Positions 63,930 to 64,000 of a stretch of 64,000 nucleotides of DNA are shown here, piece after piece (the stretch's first letter is position 1; each line of letters begins with the position of its first letter). A model generated the notes under the pieces. That model was not told the DNA's origin. It made no database searches and saw only the letters and a list, made by a program, of their open reading frames with translations. Origin of the DNA: a virus; the IMG/VR virus record IMGVR_UViG_3300023276_001265; one strand, 5' to 3'. Made by a program: the position numbers and the translations under genes.

Positions 63930-64000
63930 ATGCCTACGCATAAGCTCCCCAATGGTTTTCCTGAACCAGATTCGCTGATTCGAGACCCTAAATGGAACGA
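63930..64000 (+). CDS. Partial next gene of the neck operon
   Basis: ATG 6 nt after GGAG; MPTHKLPNGFPEPDSLIRDPKWN.. open to the window edge. Confidence 0.5.
   Translation, partial: MPTHKLPNGFPEPDSLIRDPKWN

Noticed and set aside
1-64000. Stop-codon reassignment
   Set aside because: Conserved genes are full length in the standard code and end in TAG, TAA and TGA.

Overview
A 64-kb segment of a large, GC-rich, T4-like (contractile-tailed, probably jumbo) phage. It holds: long low-complexity probable internal-head proteins (1-10.5 kb, minus strand); small and large terminase, the latter with an intein; a baseplate, tape-measure and tail-chaperone module with a -1 frameshift (18.6-36.5 kb, minus); a head module (core proteins, gp21-like protease fused to a scaffold, gp23-like major capsid); an accessory region; and the start of a neck operon. 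Two window-wide patterns stand out. (1) At least eight otherwise unrelated proteins share an N-terminal peptide, R-[ST]-P-L-x-L-(x)-x-E (fullest form NLIEGSLYRSPLRLxE). They are two protein-kinase-fold enzymes, an ART+ParB protein, a CCA-adding enzyme, a 2H phosphoesterase, a toxin-like miniprotein and two disordered proteins. The peptide ends in a prohead-protease-type site, is usually preceded by a leaderless -10 box, and is often followed by a shared RMF-like helical hairpin. This looks like a portable 'express and package into the capsid' tag for an injected effector arsenal. (2) Three free-standing homing-endonuclease cassettes sit at the 3' ends of conserved genes (ParB-like, major capsid, neck). 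Each is flanked by two synonymously recoded copies of the host gene's last 10-14 codons. Also seen: a tRNA-like element inside the head operon, a sigma54-type promoter with upstream repeats driving a protein with RpoN-like ends, and a shared C-terminal LDxLAx[LV] motif. All family assignments come from motif recognition by eye; no database searches were run.
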